Positions 1-13,920 are shown, counted from the stretch's first letter. The stretch is DNA of 64,000 bases from Octopus vulgaris (GCA_951406725.2 OX597833.1:38936001-39000000), one strand, 5' to 3'. Program-made: numbers and translations. Notes: generated by a model from the letters alone, not told the origin.

Positions 1-179
1 ATTTTAAATAAGAACACTCCCATCAAAGAGCTACATAATTAGCTTCCTTGTGTGTCAGGCAAACATCAATGTAGGGTTCACTTTGCTGGACATTGCACGT
101 GAACTATTGTACATTCAGAGACAATAAAAGCTAATGTGATCATCTGTTGTTTATGGATATCTTTTTTTAATTTTCTTTT

Positions 180-1668
180 ATCTTTTTACTTGTTTCAGTC
201 ATTAGACTGTGGCTATGCTGGAGCACTGCCTTGAGGAATTTGTAGTTGGATGAATCAACTGCAGTACATCCCCCCCACCCACTCAAGCTTGGTACTTATT
301 CTATTGGTCTTTTTAGCCAAACCATTAAGTTACGGGGACATAAACACACCAGCACCACCAGTTGTCAAGCAGTTATGGAGGACAAACACAGAAACAAAAC
401 ACATATACAAAGACATATTATACGTGGTGTAATTAGTAAGTGTCTGGACTGTTGCCATAGTAGTAATGCTAAAGCACAGATTGACCTTGAACTCTGCTGT
501 ACATGCACACTAAGTTTTAACATTCTAGCTCACTTCCACTGTTTTCAGCAGTGCTTGGAAGGAAGGTGTGTAGTGTGTGATCGTCATATTGACCATGGCA
601 GAGAAAGTTGTCATGAAAATACCCGCTCAGAGGATTACGCAAAGTTGCAGAAAGTGTATGGAGTGGAGTGTATGAGCTGTGTACAAGTGGTTCAGATGTT
701 TCCAAGATGGCCGAAAAGATGTCAAACATTCTGGAAGACCTGCAACCAGAACTTAGAAAAACATCACATATGTGCATGCAGCTGTGAGGGGAAATCATTG
801 AATCACCATCCATGAGTTATCAGAAAATGTGCAGATTAGTTACAGTTCAGTTCAGTCCATTATCACTCAAGATCTGGGTATGAGACATGTGTCTGCCAAG
901 TTTGTACCAAAACTGCTTTCAGTTGATCAAAAAGACATTTGGGTTTCAATTGCACAAGATCTCCTTGATTGTGTTGAGAACAGTGAAAACTTTAAAAAAA
1001 TGGTCATAACAGATGATGAATTGTGGGTCTATGTCTATGACCCGAAACAAAGGCTAAGTCTTTGCAGTGGAAGATTCCAATCTCTCCGAAACCGAAGAAA
1101 GCATGAATGAGATGAAGCAATGTGAAGACACTGTTGACTGTTTTCTTTGACTACAAAGAGATTTTTCATCATGAATATGCCGCAATGTTTTGCAGCATTT
1201 GCAGGATGCTATTCATCGGAAAAGGCCACAATTGTACCATGACAACACACCAGCCCATTCAGCACAGCAGTTTTGGGCTAGATACAGCATTTCCCAGATC
1301 TTGCCCTTTGCGACTTTTTCTTCTTTTCAAAAATCAAATCTCACTTGAAAGAAATATTTCAGGGTGTCGAGGAAATCAAAGAAAATGCAACAAAGCAGCT
1401 ACTAATTATCCCAGAAAACGACTTCCAAGAATGCTTCCATCAATGGAAACACCACTGGATTAAGTGTGTGGCTTCCAAAGGGGACTACTTTGAAGATTAA
1501 ATGCCAAATATTGTACTTTAGTTTTTGTAGCATCAGTCTGGATACTTATTGATCAGACCTCATATACATATATATATATATATGACGGGCTTCTTTCGCT
1601 TTCAGTCAACCAAATCCACTCACATGGGTTTGGTCAGCAGAGAGGGCTGTAGTAAAAGACACTTGCCT
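180..1668 (-). mobile_element. tRNA-derived SINE (family B, internal microsatellite), split by a mariner insertion
   Basis: 180-420 and 1565-1668 match the reverse complement of the intact copy at 58120-58550 (TTTTACTTGTTTCAGTCATT...; GGGCTTCTTTC..., GACACTTGCC). Confidence 0.75.
421..1564 (+). mobile_element. Decayed mariner (DD34D-type) DNA transposon with TIRs
   Basis: Frameshifted transposase motifs QDLGMRHVSAKFVPKLL, ITDDELWVYVYDP, KTLLTVFFD, PDLALCDFFL; diverged ~35-bp TIRs at 421-455 and 1530-1564 with TA ends. Confidence 0.9.
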
Positions 1669-3639
1669 GACGAAGGGGCCCATAGCTAGAAAAATGGTTG
1701 AGAACCAGTGACTTACAGTATTCTGTCATTCCTTGCAGTGAATCTGGTGATCTCGGTTAGTGCTGACGCCAAATAAAAAGCACGCAGTTCACTGATAAAT
1801 GTTTGGTGTTAAGAAGAAATCATGCCCAAGTAGACGGTGGCCCTTGGCGTAGTCTTCCGGTTTGTGAGCTCCTGTCAAACCGTCCAACCCATGCCACATG
1901 GTTAGGTGGCTGGCGATATGATACCAAATGAGAGAACCATCATGTTGCGCCGTACCACATTACAATTATAAACATCTACAAAGTCACAAAATAGTTTAAC
2001 TGTATTGTTCTTTTAGCTTAGATACTGAAATGGTTACATACTATACGCGCAATGTTTTCAACATCAAATTTCACCTTCCCCGACGTAAATCCTGTTGCAT
2101 TGCGCAGAAAGACAATTTCCGGGAATACCGTTATTTTTTTCCACGCTTATATTGTCAGTAGTGTATGGAGACACTATATTCAAATCTGGACTTGATGTCT
2201 TTAGTTAGTAACTGATTTGTTATTTCTTCGCAAATTAAATGTTAGAAAAGCTAGCTAACACGTGCTGCACTCCCTTCTCAAAATCAAAGTATTGACAAAC
2301 GCTTTGTTTTCGGCATTAGTTGCTACTGAAAAGCCCAAATCATGCTGTGTAATGTGTCTCTCAGACTTTCCTAGATTATTTTTACATGGAATTTTTGCTT
2401 TAGTTTTCCTATCGATACGTCATTTTATATTGCCTTATCAATTTTAACCCCACAATAAACATTTTTGCACGACTGATATGCTTCACAGGGTGATACACTT
2501 TGCACAGTTTTGCAATTAAAATTGTATCATAATGAGTTGATAGAAGCAGGGAGAAAATGATGGCAAATGATGACGTACTAGTAATACGAGAGTGTCGTTC
2601 AACTCCACTTTTTCCGCACTTCAACCACATAACTTGAGACAGTACAACAGACATATCCACAAAAACGTGCAAGTTACCTTTCCTGAGTTTTAGCAATAGA
2701 TACATTTTTTTTAGATCAATCCGTGATTAAACATAATCTGTTTTAGACATTTACTTAGAGGCTTGAAACAAAAATAAACAAACATAACCACTCCTCAATG
2801 TGACTTCGGTCAGACTCCACACTCGTCGTACGTGACTGACTTGTACTTTACAAACAAGTGGCGAGTTGCCTTAGTTTTTTGTTTTACGGACACATGATAA
2901 ACATAACATCACGTTATAATTTTTACTAAACTGTTATCATTAAAAAGAAACCTTAATACTAGTATCTTTAAAGGCTTCTTTTTTATAAACTTGAATAAAG
3001 TTTGTCATTGTTATAAGCATACTTGACGGTAATAACTCATCTAAGGTCCAAAGAAAAACAAATTAGTCACCAGTTAAAGTTGTGAGTAGATGGAGAAGAA
3101 CGCACAAAAACAACAGGACTGTCTGATCTCCAATCTAAGAACACTTTTAAAAAAGGTATCAATCTTAATGGGTGAAGAACATAAAAACAACCAATCTGGG
3201 TTTCGATTCTATCGTGGCTCCCATTTGATTTTTCGGTCGTGTTATGTCGCTAGGTTTATCTCAAATAGGATACATTACATTTAAAACAACAGTGTGTGTA
3301 TGATATATATTGTATGTACGTACACATACAATATATATATATATATATTTGTATGTATACATACATAATATATATTGTTTGTATGTATGTATACATCCAT
3401 CCATCAAGTTTGGTGTAACATTTACGGAGAAATATGTACAATATTTGAACTGAAAGATCAAAGTATATTCAGTGAAAAAGGAAACATAGAAATCCCAAAA
3501 GGCAAAAAAAAAAGTAAGGAGTATATTTAAAATTAATAAATAATGTTTGTCTGAAAATCGTGAAATTGTAATCGGACAAATTACTTAACATGAGAGTTAT
3601 TTCACTGACACGAGAGGTAAAAACACGGCTAAATAAAGA

Positions 3640-4080
3640 AGAACAACGGCGGTATTATGGAATTATTATTTCCGTGAACATAGCTGGTGAAATCTGTAAA
3701 GCAGTTCAGTTTAATAGCAGTTAAAAACTTACCTAAAACAACCGTCAAAACAGTTAGGGTTGCATTCGTTTACACGTGGGAGTAATCCGGACATGCACAA
3801 ACACTATCTACTTCCGCTTTCAAGAACATCATGCAGATAATGCCGGCTCGGCTACATGCGGTAGCAAAATTAAGAGCTGTAATTCGAAATTATTTTTAAT
3901 TGCAAGCATTTTAATTACAATTTTGTTAAATGTTTAAATAGCACTATCTTTTTGTTTATCAACCCCCACCATAAATCTAAATATTAAAGCAGTAGTTCGA
4001 TAGAGGATCACACCGGAAGTTTATACCATATGATTTCTATGCGATGTTTTCTTTCTGCACGTGAAATATCATCGTAAATT
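3640..4080. promoter_or_regulatory. Putative promoter / first-exon region
   Basis: Repeat-free, locally CpG-richer DNA; ETS-type CCGGAAGT at 4013-4020 and ACTTCCG at 3811; minus-strand donor TAG|GTAAGT at ~3732. Confidence 0.3.
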
Positions 4081-4567
4081 AAAAGTTTAAGTTAGTGACG
4101 AACAGAGTCTATGATTCTAGTAGAAGCTATTCCGCCTCAACTATGTGACTTTCTGACCTGAAAAACAATGGGGGAGCATGTAATCACACCATCTACTACT
4201 GTTATAAATCTACGTCCGATATTCAAAACAAACATTACATAACTGCATTTCTCATTGTGCGGCTGTGACAATCGATAAATAACTTGCTTTTTAAAGTTCT
4301 AGGCACTGAATTGTGGCTATGCTGGGGTACTGCTCTGAAGGGTTTTAGTCGAACAAATCGACACCACTACTTATTAAATAAGTACTTAAATAAAATTTAC
4401 TATTATTAATATTCTTTGTGGTGTATAAATGAGACTTTAAGGCTGCTTGACTCAGTGTTATTGTTATTGTAAATTGACTTTTGTTGATTTTATTTTGTAT
4501 GAAACTATTATAAATATTCATTGCTATTTCATTGGAATATAACACGTGTGTATATGATTATATATAT

Positions 4568-4789
4568 GGTACTATTTAAGAAGAGTGGTCCCGGTACGCG
4601 CATCCGCGCTAGCTAGTCGTGACTAGTCGATCCTTTGTGTTTTTGCGTTTTATTTACTTTGTTTAAAAAAAAATTATTTACTTTGTGTAAAAAAATTATT
4701 TATTTTGCTAGGTAGTCGTTGTAGGATCGACTAGTCACGACTAGCTAGCGCGAGTGCGCGCACCGGGACCCCTCTTCTTAAATAGTACC
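4568..4789. mobile_element. MITE with ~67-bp GC-rich TIRs
   Basis: GGTACTATTTAAGAAGAG...GACTAGTCGATCCT (4568-4634) mirrored at 4723-4789; AT-rich core with a repeated TTATTTACTTTGT unit; sits in TA/TC repeats. Confidence 0.85.
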
Positions 4790-4809
4790 TCTCTCTCTAT
4801 ACATATATA

Positions 4810-5990
4810 ATACAAAACTACTTTGAGAATATAAATCCAAAACCGGATGGAGTGCTGGAAGAAAGAAAGAAATACATCAATTCAAAAGCAAGTGCCTCAA
4901 CTGGTTACACACCACCAGGTCTAACGGAAGCTATTGAAGCAATCCAACATATTCGTGGCATTACCACAGGTGATGGCGAGGTTAAGGCGTTGTTGGAACA
5001 GCCAACCACCCTCACAGGCATCACTTGGCACCTTGGTAAGGTGAGCCGCTAATAATGACAAGAACATCGCCGTTAGCGTCCCAGTTCCTTCAAACGTCTC
5101 AAACGCCACAGGCTGGAAGAAATAGTTCACTGACAGGTTCCGATACTTAAGGATTTTGTTCTGTTCAGCTACGGAAGCAGTGACCCTCCCATTTACCACA
5201 GCCTACAGGATGTGGGAGGGCGCAAAGGAGACAGAAACTGTAGCATCCCAGATGAGGCATTTACTTCTTACCCAGAGACAAAGGGTAAGACCATCTGGCA
5301 TCTTCACATCACTTCTGGATAATCCTGCCAGCCCCAGAACTGAGGAAATACTAATCTGAGCCAGGGCCCACTTAATGATTAAGTTTAGCTTGGTGTGACA
5401 AGCGAAACGACCAGCATTTAAGTGGCAAGAGAGACTGTGGAGTCAAGGGGTCTACCATGGTGACATCTCAGTTTCCCATAGGTGTCGGTTCCCACTTTGA
5501 GGACAATGGAGATGCGAAACTCATCTAGACCGAGTACACCATCAATGTTGGCCACATGCAGGGCATCAATCCAGTCCTTGAAAATTTTGAACTAGCAGAA
5601 TGTAGGTGGCACCTTGTAAGTTGATCAATGAGAGTGTTAAAAGTGGCTCTTGAATTCCAACTGTTCTATAATCTCTGCTTCTGTCTATCCTCAACTATAG
5701 CAGAAATTGACAAACCCAGCTCTCTCGACTGTAACAGAGCTTCATCCATCTCCCTGTTGGAACTAGTTCATGTTGGAGAGGAGAGGATGTTGCCTACCAA
5801 AGGGGAGCAAACATGGACGGAAAAAAGAAAACAAAGAGATAGAGATGAACACTTCTGCGGACCTAGAACCCCAAACTGTTTGGGCAAAGCAGCCTAGTCA
5901 TGGGCCTCTGGAAAGAGTCTGACATTGACCAAGCATTTGACTTTCTGAAGATTAGGTCGTCCAAGCATTGGAGAGACGATGAGAATCTAT
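4810..5990 (-). mobile_element. 3' relic of a CRE-like non-LTR retrotransposon (restriction-like endonuclease domain)
   Basis: Minus-strand motifs GRFACHTKLNLIIKWAL, KMPDGLTLCLWVRSKCLIWDATV, AEQNKILKYRNL, FQPVAFETF, QRLNLAITCGNA. Confidence 0.85.
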
Positions 5991-6553
5991 AAGAGGGACT
6001 AACTCTGAGAAAATACAATAATTTAGGAATCAACTGGTCTCTTTTGCCAGGCTACTAAGTTATAGGAGTGTAAACAAACCAACACCAGTTGTCAAGCAGT
6101 GTATGGACAGACACAGAAACACTCACATGTACATATATGATGAACTTTTTGCAGTTTACCAAATCCACTCACAAGGCTTTTGTTGGAGCTATAGAGGAAG
6201 ACACTTGCCCAACAACCACTCTGTGAGACTAAACCTGACGTCATGCAGTTGGGAAGTAAATGTTTTACCACACAACCAAGAATAAAATTAAAACTGTTTA
6301 CACTTTCTAAACTTGTGCTGCAACACCATGGTGATGAAAGAAGTATCATACAGTTATGAAGTCTATTTCATCTTTTTGATCAGAGAGGGAACAAACATTT
6401 CACTAATATTTTGAGAGATGGTGGTGGTAAGGAGTATACTTTTTGCAAGTTTGAAAACCACTAATTTATAACACAAAAAGGTAAACAAGACTGAAAATAT
6501 TTCTAAAACATGTATAAATATGGATCCTAGCTTTCTTTATTGATGATATCTAG

Positions 6554-6661
6554 AAGGAAATCCTGGGGATTGGTGGTCTCTTGAATCACACCTTATTACC
6601 TTGAATAAGGAAGGTACCAATTTTGACAATGAAGTCTTAGACACTTCTAAAAATACTGTTG
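6554..6661 (+). CDS. Candidate isolated internal exon (phase 1-1, GC donor), product unknown
   Basis: TAG acceptor, 108 nt open frame (x)GNPGDWWSLESHLITLNKEGTNFDNEVLDTSKNTV, G|GCAAGT donor. Confidence 0.3.
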
Positions 6662-7129
6662 GCAAGTTTTTAATTATAGGTATGACCTAGGTTTAAACAA
6701 CACCGTATAAGTGGGCTTGTGTGGTAAGAAGCTTGCTTCCCAACCACATGGTTCTAGGTTCAGTCCCACTGTGTGATACGATGGGCAAGTGTCATTTACT
6801 ATAGCCTTGGGCCAACCAAAGTCTTGTGAGTGGATTTGGTAGACAGAAACTGAAAGAAGCCTGTCATATGTGTGTGTCTGTGTTTGTTCCATGCCATTGC
6901 TTGACAATCAGAGATGGTGTTATTGTCACTGAAACTTATCAGTTCAGCAAAAGAGACTGATAGAATGAGTACCAGACTTTAAAAAAATAAGCACTGGTGC
7001 CCCAGCATGGCCGCAGTCTAATGATTGAAAGAAGTAGAAAGCAAAAGATAACATTAAAATTAAGGTTTCTTAATAGCCCCACCACATTTATTAATACAAC
7101 TTAGTGGGGTTCAAACCTGTTGGATAAAT

Positions 7130-8330
7130 AAAGTAGCTTTGCATCAGATTTGGCTAATTACAATTATTTCTTGTCATCAGTGTTCAAGGTGTCAAAGTGC
7201 ATGGTTATGATGTTGCATAGAGACACCAGCAATGAAAAGATAAGAGATGCTGGCACCACAACATGATCAGGATGTTGGTGGGCAGCTGACATGTCAGTAA
7301 CAGAAGCAGAAGAAGGCTGTAGTTGAGATACCTCATCAGAAACCCATGCAGGGTCAGACACTGACTCTGCACTATCCACTTCCAGCAATTTGGGAAAGCA
7401 GACTCAAGAGACAAGAGAGATATGACTCAAAATGAGGTCTGACTCCTGGTTGAGGAAGAACAAAAGGCCTGAGCCATGCTGTGGAATTTGGATCAGAAAA
7501 ACCTTAGACAAAACTGGGGCCTACCAAGGTGGAAGATTATACAACCTGAATTTTGGGGACTGGAACCCTTTCATATCTCTTTTCTGCTCTCTCTCTCATC
7601 ACTATATGATACTCTTCCAACATCAACAAGTTTGCACATGTGGGGAATGAGAGAGGACCCACTGTGCTGGTCATGTGGAGAAAGAGGAACATTCGTACAT
7701 TTACTTGCAAGGTCAGGGTGCAAGGATGTACCTAGAGATACAGATAGCATCATGACAAAATTCTGAGAGCAATGACTGATATTGTGGAGTTGGGGAAGCA
7801 AAAAAAAAAAGAGAAAATATGTGCGAAACCCACTAAGGACCAACTTCATTTACCTAGTTCCTGAAAAACAGGGAGAAGTCATCCTCTTTCAAAAAGACTA
7901 CAAAGACCTGAGAAGAAAACTACCTTTGCCCCTTGTCATCTAAGCATTCATAAGGCCTGATATAGTCATATACAAACGAGGCAAAGAAGATCATTCTGAT
8001 TGAACTGATGATTTTATAGGAAGATGGATGTGAGAAAGCCTTGGAGAGGAAAGCCACCAAACACCAGAACCTAGTCCAACAATGTAAGGATTAAGGATGG
8101 TAAACTTGGTTATTTCTGGTTAAGATTGGCTGCAAAGTTTTCTGGTGCAGTTTGTATAGAAGACACTAAGACAGTTACCTGCAGGTTGGGAGATATAGTG
8201 AAAAGTGCCCCTTACTAGTTCCCAAACAAATGGGAGAAATTAAGCTACAAACTAAGAGAATATTGGCAGTGAGTAACCATCATTACCGATTCACTAACTG
8301 GAGGGTGTTGTGATTTAGGATCGACCCAGC
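7130..8330 (+). mobile_element. 3' relic of a HERO-like REL-endonuclease non-LTR retrotransposon
   Basis: Frameshifted motifs LYDTLPTSTSLHMWGMREDPLCWSCGERGTFVHLL (zinc knuckle), HDKIL, IRPDIV, IILIEL, EKALERKATK. Confidence 0.8.
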
Positions 8331-9762
8331 TGAGGAAAGTTGCTCATTTGACAAAATTTCCTGCCCAAAAGCTATATTCATAAAAAAGTAATTGATGGGG
8401 TTAGCAATTGCAGAATAGACATCTGACAGTGATGCACCAAATAAAATACTAAAAATTTTACAGAACTTGGTTTCGTTTTTATAAAGTTATGTGCTCAAAT
8501 CCCATTAAATTTGACCAAACTTTTATCCTGTTTTTTAATACATACTGTGTATGATAAATTCAAAGTACTTAAACTACAGTTTTAAAGCTTTCATTGAGGA
8601 ACTTTCAACAGATGTGAATATATCATCTATTCTCTTCATACACAGAAGAATAAAGGAGGTTGTCTATTGTCCTAACATGTCTTGGTTTTTTACCATTGAC
8701 CAAGACAAGAACCTCATTCCTCTACCCACACACACAAAAAAAACCCATTATAATAATTAGTTTTTGTAAATCTATCACAAACTATATTTACACACACACA
8801 CTTAGTAGGGGAAGGATGTGGGGAAGAGGTATATTAGGGACAGTGGAATGTTATACCCATATGGTTTTCATTTTACTTAGCTGAACAGGTCTACTCAAGC
8901 AAAGCAAACCACCATTTGTCATGGTCCTTTGTCATCTCCTCTTGTGAGGTTCAGCATCTAAAGATCATTTTCCATCATTTTGTCCCACATCTTCCTGGGT
9001 CTTCCTCTTCCACTATAGTCCTCTATCTCTCACAATATGTCCCTGTTGAGTCTCTTCCCCACAACATATCCTCCTGCTACCCCCTCTTACTACATTCCCC
9101 ACCTCCATCTCCCACTCCCTTTTTGCAAACTCACAAAATTACTCACCCACTCACCCTCTCCAATCCTTGGTTCACTTCACTGCATACACCTCCATATAAT
9201 TTGGGTGTACACACCATCACATCTTCCCCATCTTATCTCCTCTTTCTCCTTCTCTCCCCACACTCTCCACTTCAGTTAAACAGGTTTCTCCTCTACTGCA
9301 AGATACCTAGTTCTGTCCATCCATACTACTCCTCACCCTCAATTGAAGGAGTCTTGTCTTGCGGGTTACTAGGTGACCTCACTGCTGCTGATTCCACATA
9401 AAAAGCACCAAATATACTCTGTAAAATGGTTGACAGCATTATTAAAGGCATTCAGCAGTAGAAAACATGTCAAAGCAGGCAGTAGAACTTGGTGCAGTCT
9501 TCTGCCAGCTCCTGTTGAACCTTCCAACCCATGCCAGCATGGAAAATGTACACTAAATTATGATGACAATTATATTGAAGATGATCACACACATTTTTCA
9601 GCTACTAATTAGGAGTGAAATTAAGCAATTTGAATAAATGTTTCATTAGTAAATTAAATCTGATAATTTTATTATTCACATCCTGGCCTTTGTTTCATTA
9701 TTAACATCTTTGACTCTTTGGTTTGTATCATGCAGAAATGCTTCAATCTGATAAAGCTTCTT

Positions 9763-10178
9763 ATTTCTTTACTGCCCACAAGGGGTTACACATAAAGGGG
9801 ACAAACAAGGACAGACTAACGGATTAAGTCGATTATATCAACCCCAGTGCAAAACTGGTACGTATTTAATCGACCCCGAAAGGATGAAAGGCAAAGTCGA
9901 CCTCGGCAGAATTTGAACTCAGAACGTAGCGGCAGACGAAATACCTATTTCTTTACTACCCACAAGGGGCTAAACACAGAAGGGACAAACAAGGACAGAC
10001 AAACGGATTCAGTCGATTATATCGACCCCAGTGCATAACTGGTACTTATTTAATCGACCCCGAAAGGATGAAAGGCATAGTCGACCTTGGCAGAATTTGA
10101 ACTCAGAACGTAGCGACAGACGAAATACCACTAGGCATTTTACCCGACATGCTAACGCTTCTGCCAGCTCGCCGCCTT
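9763..10178 (-). mobile_element. Dimeric tRNA-derived SINE (family A, Nin-like domain)
   Basis: A box TGGCAGAAGCG, B box GAGTTCAAATTC, GCCTTTCATCCTTTCGGGGTCGAT core; direct repeat GATAAAGCTTCTT at 9750-9762 and 10189-10201. Confidence 0.85.
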
Positions 10179-10555
10179 TAAAGCTTCAGATAAAGCTTCT
10201 TGGCAGACCACATTACCTGTTTCATTATTTGGAACCATCATAATTAATATATATGAGTGCATAAATATAAACAAACTAACATTTATTTTTATAAGCTTCA
10301 AAATGTGTATTGAATGATACAAATTAGATGATATTTTTTTCAAGCACAGAACAGCAGAAATACTGAGTAAATTACCTTTAGAAAGCAGAAAAATTTGTCA
10401 CTTACCAGCCATGAGTGCATATATATAATTTGCTGGATATGGTTGCCTAAGTCTTTCAACATTAAATGGTGTGACTGCAGGACATGTTTTGTGTAACTTT
10501 GTTATCTTGTTATCCAGAAACTGTTCTAGCATTAAGTTGATATTGCAGCTATATG

Positions 10556-10966
10556 CTCATATTTCTTTATTGCCCACAAGGGGCTACACACAGAGGAGAC
10601 AAACAAGGACAGACAGACGGATTAAGTCGATTACATCGACCCCAGTGCGTAACTGGTTCTTAATTTATCGACCCCGAAAGGATGAAAGGCAAAGTCGACC
10701 TCGGTGGAATTTGAACTCAGAATGTAGTGACAGACGAAATACTTATTTCTTTACTACCCACAAGGGGCTAAACACAGGAGGGACAAACAAGGACAGACAA
10801 ACGGATTAAGTCGATTATATCGACCCCAGTGCGTAACTGGTACTTATTTAATAGACACCGAAAGGATGAAAGGCAAAGTCGACCTCGGTGGAATTTGAAC
10901 TCAGAACATAACGGCAGACGAAATACCGCTAAGCATTTCACCTGGTGTGCTAACATTTCTGCCAGC
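10556..10966 (-). mobile_element. Second dimeric family A SINE
   Basis: Same structure; 13-bp TSD TTGCAGCTATATG at 10543-10555 and 10967-10979. Confidence 0.85.
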
Positions 10967-11204
10967 TTGCAGCTATATGTTCTGTTTGGAAAGATGATTG
11001 GATACTGCAATGCAACATAGGAAGGATGCTCACCTAGATCCTTTTGGTGGCCCAGAATGGAATCACATGACAATATCTTTTGGGTCTGATGGCTCATTAT
11101 CTATACAAATGACAGCACATGAAAGCTGAATTTCAATTGGTTTAAAGATCAGAATACCAAAAGCTTGAAAGACCAAATATTTAGAACATTGAATTTTGAA
11201 ATAT

Positions 11205-11545
11205 TTAAGGGGAAAATATGACAAACAGATTTAAAAAACATTTTTATAATTTTAAAAAAGAGTTTATTTAAGAAACATATAGCATGTTTACCTTTTGTTA
11301 TCATACCATGTCAAAATAACTACTTTAGGTGAAAAGCGAAAAACAGTCTTAAAAAAGCATATATTTACAGTTTTAAAATGGAGTTTGAAAAACATGTAAC
11401 ATATTTACTTCTTGTATTATGTTTCATCAGAATAACTGTTTTAGGGGAAAAATAATAAGAAAAATAGTTTTAAAAACATTTATTTACAGTTTTAAAATGG
11501 TGTTTGAGAAACATGTAAGATATTTTTCTTTTTTATTATGCAAAA
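11205..11545. repeat. Degenerate tandem repeat, ~115-125 bp unit x ~3
   Basis: Recurring AAAAACAT..TTTACAGTTTTAAAATGG..GAAACATGTAA..AATAACT..TTTAGG blocks. Confidence 0.7.
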
Positions 11546-12035
11546 CAAAGTCAAGTGAGATATGGCGAGCATAGTTATTTACAAAAGATAAAAATAAAAG
11601 GGTATTACAGGGATACTGTTATTGAAGATGCAAGGGAAAATCTAAATAGTTTATTTTTTGAATTCATCTGTGTTTTTGTTTTTTTCTTTTAATTCTCTCA
11701 TTGTTGAATATGTTTCTTCTCCCTTTTCAATACAAACATAAACATACCAAACAATTAAAAGGTTGAATTTGATATATTGAAAGCAGGTTTTATACATTTA
11801 CTTATCTTCCTTTGCCTTCGCTGTAAATTGCTGCATGACTCCATTATATGAAATTCAGCCTTTAATCATTTAATGTCTTTTATCACATACTTGTTTCAGT
11901 TACTGAACCGCAGCCATACTGGGGCACCATAATGAAGGTTTCTAGTTGAGCAAATTGACCCCAGAACTTATCTTTTGAAGCTTGATATTTATTCTATTGG
12001 ACTCTTTGGTTAAACCACTAAGTTACAGGGTTTAA

Positions 12036-12256
12036 CACTTTCGTTACCAACCCGGCTGAAACCGGCTCTGGCTCAGTAGTACAGATGTCTTGTTTTCATA
12101 AGTTTTGAATTAAAATCTTCCACCAAACCTTAATCACAATTAATGTTCCTAACACTAGCTTAATGATAACTAAGTTATTTTACTAAACTCTTTGTTATAT
12201 TTAAAGTAATTGAAAGAAACACAGAGCACCTCAAAATAAATACAGTAACAAAAGGG
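12036..12256. mobile_element. piggyBac-like MITE inside a family B SINE
   Basis: TTAA on both sides; TIRs CACTTTCGTTAC / GTAACAAAAGGG. Confidence 0.8.
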
Positions 12257-13388
12257 TTAAAGAAACCAACCCAACACTGGTTGTCAAGCAGTGGGTGGGT
12301 GGGGAAGGGCTACACAACCCCCTCACACACACACGTGTGTGTGTGTGTATTCATATATCAATGGCAGGATTCTTTCAGTTTTCATTTACAAAATCCACTG
12401 AGAAAGCTTTAGTTGGCCCAAAGCTATAGTAGGAGAAACATGTGCAAGGAATCATGCTGTGGGACTGAACCCAAAATAATGTTCGGAAGCAAACTTGTTA
12501 CCACACATTCATACCTGTCTGTATTAAAAGGAAAGAAGGTAAATATTTAATGAGAGAGTTCAAAGAATGGAAGTATTCAGTAAATAAAACCATTTCAGAT
12601 TAATACAGGCTTGTTTTTTACTACCTATAGATGTACATATATATAAAAAGCATCCATGCAGGTACCATGTGAACAGTTCCTGTGCTGGTGCCATGTAAAA
12701 AGCACCGATGATGGTGCCATGTAAAAAGCACCTGTGTTGGTACCACATAAAAAGCACATTTGCTGGTACCACTTATAAAGCACTGGTTCTGGTGTCACAT
12801 AAAAAAAGCACCCAGTGCACTCTGTAGAATGGTTAACATTTGAAGGGCATCGAGCCAGAGAAATCATACCAAAGCAGGTCAATATAAGCCTGGCGCAATT
12901 CTCCACCTTGCCAGCTCCTGTCAAATCATCCAACCCATATCAGCATGGAAAATGGATGTTAAACGATGATGATGATGACGACATATAATTCACATATACA
13001 TATATGATTGATAACTCTGTGAGGTAAACAGATCATGTCTTTATGCAGTTATAATGCATAGAAGTATTTGTTTATAACAAAAGAACCTATTTTGCTTGTA
13101 TATGGTTAAATGATGGTCTGAATAGAAATTGTCAGAAAGTATTGTTATATATATTGTTATTAATATTTATTGATGTGGTGGCAATCTGGCAGAATTGTTA
13201 GCATGTTGCACAAAATGCATACAGGCATTTTGTCTGTCTATATGCTCTCAGTTCAAATTCTTCCAAGGTTGACTTTGCCTTTCACCCTTTCAGAGTCAAC
13301 GAAATAAGTACCAGTTGAACACTGGGGTCAATGTAATCAACTAGCTGTCCTCCAAAATCTTAAGCCTTGAATTCTATAAGGTATGGAC

Positions 13389-13612
13389 TCATACAAAGTT
13401 TGAATTGTTTTTCAGCCCTCCTGTGAAATCTGGCTTTGAGCACCTCCTGGTGAACAGTTTTTGTGGAAACTGGGTCCTCAAAGTGGTCATGAATCTCTGC
13501 AGTAATTTTGGAAGCTGTACTTTTGTGATCCTTTCTAACAATTTGTGTAAGAGTCTGACAGTCCCTATCTGAAAGTTTTGGTCTTCTTCCGGAGTTTTGT
13601 TTTGACGAGGAG
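13389..13612 (-). mobile_element. Tc1 transposase HTH fragment
   Basis: NSGRRPKLSDRDCQTLTQIVRKDHKSTASKITAE...VSTKTV. Confidence 0.8.
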
Positions 13613-13920
13613 GTTGTGTCCTTGAGCAAGACACTATATTTTCATGTTGCTCCAGTTCACTCAGCTGGCAAAAATGAGTTGTACCTGTATTTCAAAGGGC
13701 CAGCCCTGTCACACAACTGTGTCACGCTGAATCTCCCTGAGAACTACGTTAAGAATACACATGTCTGTGGAATGCTCAACCACTTGCATTTTAATTTCAC
13801 AAGCAAGCTGTTCTGTTGATCATATCAGCTATCAATTGGGACTCTTATTGTTGTTATCAATGGAGTGCTCCTTTATGTGTGTATGTGTGTGGTGTGTATG
13901 TATATATATATATATATAGA

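Noticed and set aside
2262-3284. Short ORFs in unique DNA
   Set aside because: No recognisable motifs or consistent splice structure; more like UTR or non-coding sequence.
10340-11130. Coding-looking sequence around the SINE dimer, with a minus-strand donor at ~10406
   Set aside because: Stops or frameshifts after removing the SINE, and no recognisable domain.
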